DNA of 32,000 nucleotides. Source: Paramicrosporidium saccamoebae KSL3. Lineage: Eukaryota > Fungi > Cryptomycota. The notes under the pieces were generated by a model. The model did not search any database, was not told the DNA's origin, and saw only the letters and a program-made list of their open reading frames with translations. The stretch lies in NCBI GenBank assembly GCA_002794465.1, contig MTSL01000142.1, positions 11,928-43,927 of the forward strand. The letters are read 5' to 3'. The first letter of the stretch is position 1; each line of letters opens with the position of its first letter. Below are positions 29,232-32,000 of this stretch, piece by piece. Both the position numbers and the translations under genes were made by a program.

Positions 29232-30559
29232 TTATTGGAGCTGTTCCGGGAGGGTGGAGGAAGAGGAGCTATGCGGCTCGCCAATCTTTGTCTTTCCCAT
29301 CCACGTTTCTGGGGACAATCTCGGACTCTGTGGGAAGAGTATTGGGTTACTCATGTATTTGCCACCATTGCGACCCAACATCCTGCTTATGGAATCCTCG
29401 TTGATTTGATGATGGAGCCACTCAATCACCTTTTCATTCGCCTCCACCAGTTTCCTACTTTCCGCCAGCTCAACAGCAAGCCGATCCCGTTCCGCATGCG
29501 TCTCGCCCAATTGGCCCTTCAACTCACCCACCTCTTTCCGAAGCGTATCGTATGAACCCTGTGTCTCCTTTCCAATCCTATCGACTTGTTTAAGGGCACT
29601 TTCTGCAGAACGAGCACGATGTCGCAGCGACTTTACCTCATCTTGGAGTTTCCGAATAATTTCGTTGGCCTTGTTAATGTCGCTTTGTATTCCGTGGGAT
29701 GTGCTATGACCGCTACCAAGACGCTGACGAAGATCATTCACTTCGGCCTCCAATGCCGTCTTTTGGTTTATCAGTTGTTGATTCTGAGTCTCCAACCACC
29801 GCAACTATGGCATTAGTTGATCTTTGCGTGTACCTGTTCGTCCAATGTTGTGGATGGCGGCATATATGGCATGGAAGGTTGTTTCCCCAAGTCGAGCCTA
29901 CCGACACCATACTCTTGTGGTCTATTCAATGGAACATTTCCCATTTTTAGTCCTTCAATTTCATCCTTGTAATGACGGACAACACTCCCAAGGTGCCTCT
30001 TTAGGTCCTGTTCGGATGGCTGCGTAAACCGGAGTACCAAGTGTACAATCTGTCGAAAGGAGGTAGATTCCAAAATTGAGAGCGCCGCTCCCGCCGGCCT
30101 CCCCGTTCCAGTGTCCTCGGCTTGAACTTGCAATGTGGTCGCAAATCTATCAATTAGCTACGCTACCCAAATGCTACAGGGGACGATCCTCCCTTCCATG
30201 GGCTATGCACTGCTGGACCAGTTCGACCAGTTTGTACGGGAAACGGTGGTAATCCACCAGCAAGTTTTGTTCCCTTCGCAATACGTAAAATTCTTCCTCG
30301 CTCAACACGCAGGTCCAGAGAAAGAATGGATCCTTGACATCGCTTAATCTCACCTCTAGAACCTATCCATTATGCCAACTGTCTCAGTTACCCTCCTCCC
30401 ATTGATACTGGGAGTGCTGCAAAGCTCTACCAACACCGAGTCGGTCCTCCGGCCCAATTCACCTCCGCTACATGGTGCACCAAGTTGCGAACCGGCAACT
30501 CCATAACCTCCAGTGCGGATGAAGATGGGCACGACCGAGCTGAACAGACACTCGGACAT
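29232..30559 (-). CDS. SAS6: SAS-6 centriolar cartwheel protein, 4 exons, 412 aa
   Basis: MSECLFSSVVPI...VLEVRLSDVKDPFFLW...EEEFYVLRREQNLLVDYHRFPYKLVELVQQC...ILESTSFRQIVHLVLRF head domain. Distal coil motifs KANEIIRKLQ and NEKVIEWLHHQINE. Introns 30363-30391, 30147-30177 and 29805-29833. Confidence 0.88.
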
Positions 30560-30602
30560 GCCAACAACCCAACAGGCCAATCATATTACGCGCCGCCATG
30601 TA

Positions 30603-31271
30603 TTAGAGCAGCATCAAGTATGGATCGCTAATGTTATCAGAGAGAGTAGCAATGAAGCGTGTCATGTCCAAATCAGTGTCGTTTCCACTAAATTCAAAAG
30701 AATACTGTGCATCCTTCTCATTGATCCGCACCGTGAAGCCCGGTTCTGCCGGGATATTATTACCGACGACGATCTGGATGAAAATGGGCGCGGCTTGTTG
30801 AATGTTTCTAGTGGATGCTGGCTCACCCACCTTGATGGTCCTCTTTCCCCTCGAATCGTGAATTACCGCTACCGCATCTGGCCTGGCACATCTCGCGATT
30901 GCCGCACATACTGCCTTTACTAGCATTAGCTCTGCTATCCCACCCGGGTCAACCATCTTTACAAATTCTCTCAGTCCGTTTGCGTGTTCCTTAGTGACCG
31001 TAAATCTAGACGGTTCCGCAGGTGCGGGAGGAGGTTTAGAGGCAAGGTAGGAGAGGACATCGCTCTTGAGAATGTGTCGCTTGGGACCAGTGGCAGGGAG
31101 AATGGATGGCTCCAGATGATACGCCTTCACCCTCCACAAGACGGCGGGGGACAATGTCCGTGGATGAGATGTGGAGAATAGACGCTTCTTATGAGCCGTG
31201 GAAAATAAACTCTTTAGATGAGCCGCGAAAAATAGACATTTCCGATGAGACAGTCTCGCTAAAACGGTCAT
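30603..31271 (-). CDS. Mitochondrial E3-binding protein (Pdx1/protein X)-like, with no lipoyl domain, 222 aa
   Basis: Basic presequence, then a peripheral-subunit-binding domain LSPAVLWRVKAYHLEPSILPATGPKRHILKSDVLSYL, a Pro/Ala linker and an E2-like C-terminus F...L...DPYLMLL. Confidence 0.7.
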   Translation of the reverse strand: MTVLARLSHRKCLFFAAHLKSLFSTAHKKRLFSTSHPRTLSPAVLWRVKAYHLEPSILPATGPKRHILKSDVLSYLASKPPPAPAEPSRFTVTKEHANGLREFVKMVDPGGIAELMLVKAVCAAIARCARPDAVAVIHDSRGKRTIKVGEPASTRNIQQAAPIFIQIVVGNNIPAEPGFTVRINEKDAQYSFEFSGNDTDLDMTRFIATLSDNISDPYLMLL

Positions 31272-31504
31272 GTTAATTTTAATATTCCAGGGATTTTGAA
31301 TAGATCTTTAATTATACTACTTGCGTATAAACTATTGCAAGATTCCTAATTTCTCTAGCGACCAAATAACAGACTAACACTTTTAATAATGTTACGTTGT
31401 ATGGCGAATGCTATAAGACCGACTTGAAGACAAAAGTCCTGAGGACGAATGTGGAAAACCCACAGATCCAGCTTCTTTAAGGGCCGCTGGAGAACTGCAG
31501 GTCG

Positions 31505-32000
31505 TCACCGCAGGGTGAACTTGGGGTTACTTCCGCGGTACGAACAACGAGATCCCCATTGCAGGATTACTCTACATTCCCTAGGCCTTGCGACGCTATT
31601 GGACTCTGGAATTTTGTTCTTCAAAAAGTCAGCTATCTCTTGGAACCCAGCAGCCCCAGCAGCTACTTGGAATACGGAATCATCCAAGCATGCTGGTTTG
31701 GTTTTGTAAAGGTGTTTGATAATCTCTAGACGGCCGGTCTTTACACTATCAATAATGGCATCAAATGATGGTTCCAGTGCAGGCAAAGTCCGAATAATCC
31801 AACGCACAACAGCCAATCTTCCAGATGCAATGGAACTGTTGAAGCCTTTTTGGTCAGGATACAGACCAATGGAGGCCAGCCATTGCAAGACTTGGATACG
31901 TCCGCTACCAGCTGCTGTATTTGCGATTCTAACGTCAAGAACTAGGCCTTCATTTTTGGAAAATACCCACTTGAGCAGATCCAAATGTCCGAGACCAGCT
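31505..32000 (-). CDS. C-terminal part of a second ankyrin-like repeat paralogue of the 19323 gene; 5' end outside the window
   Basis: Frame is open to the window edge (AGLGHLDLLKW...AAGSGRIQVLQWLAS...YP...GRLAVVRW...EPS...TGRLEIIKHL) and aligns repeat for repeat with the 19323 C-terminus. Confidence 0.82.
   Translation of the reverse strand, partial: AGLGHLDLLKWVFSKNEGLVLDVRIANTAAGSGRIQVLQWLASIGLYPDQKGFNSSIASGRLAVVRWIIRTLPALEPSFDAIIDSVKTGRLEIIKHLYKTKPACLDDSVFQVAAGAAGFQEIADFLKNKIPESNSVARPRECRVILQWGSRCSYRGSNPKFTLR

Overview
Gene-dense eukaryotic DNA, not prokaryotic, from a compact fungal-grade genome. It holds about 22 protein genes, one tRNA-Phe and one pseudogene, with 25 modelled spliceosomal introns of only 29-38 nt and some intergenic gaps under 30 bp. 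Tiny introns, SAS-6, VMP1 and mitochondrial respiratory genes together suggest an early-diverging fungus or Rozellomycota-like parasite (Paramicrosporidium-like); this is inference, not an identification. Recognisable genes: mevalonate kinase, guanine deaminase, DTD1, dynein light chain, La, Sir2, forkhead, Rua1-like, DUF726, SURF1, PP4, mitochondrial IleRS, quinone oxidoreductase and a transcription cyclin. Most unusual observations: (1) VMP1 fused to two N-terminal SAP domains and a CDK-site linker; (2) SAS-6 with an internally shortened coiled coil; (3) three DJ-1/Hsp31-like paralogues with Gly in place of the catalytic Cys; (4) a signal-peptide-bearing short-period ankyrin-like family (one intact, one pseudogene, one partial copy) beside an orphan glycosyltransferase-like gene; (5) a lipoyl-less Pdx1/E3BP-like protein; (6) a recurrent start-proximal (AAAT)CCCTGG(CC) motif, also found between back-to-back start codons. 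All gene models were built by hand, and family comparisons are from memory, not searches.
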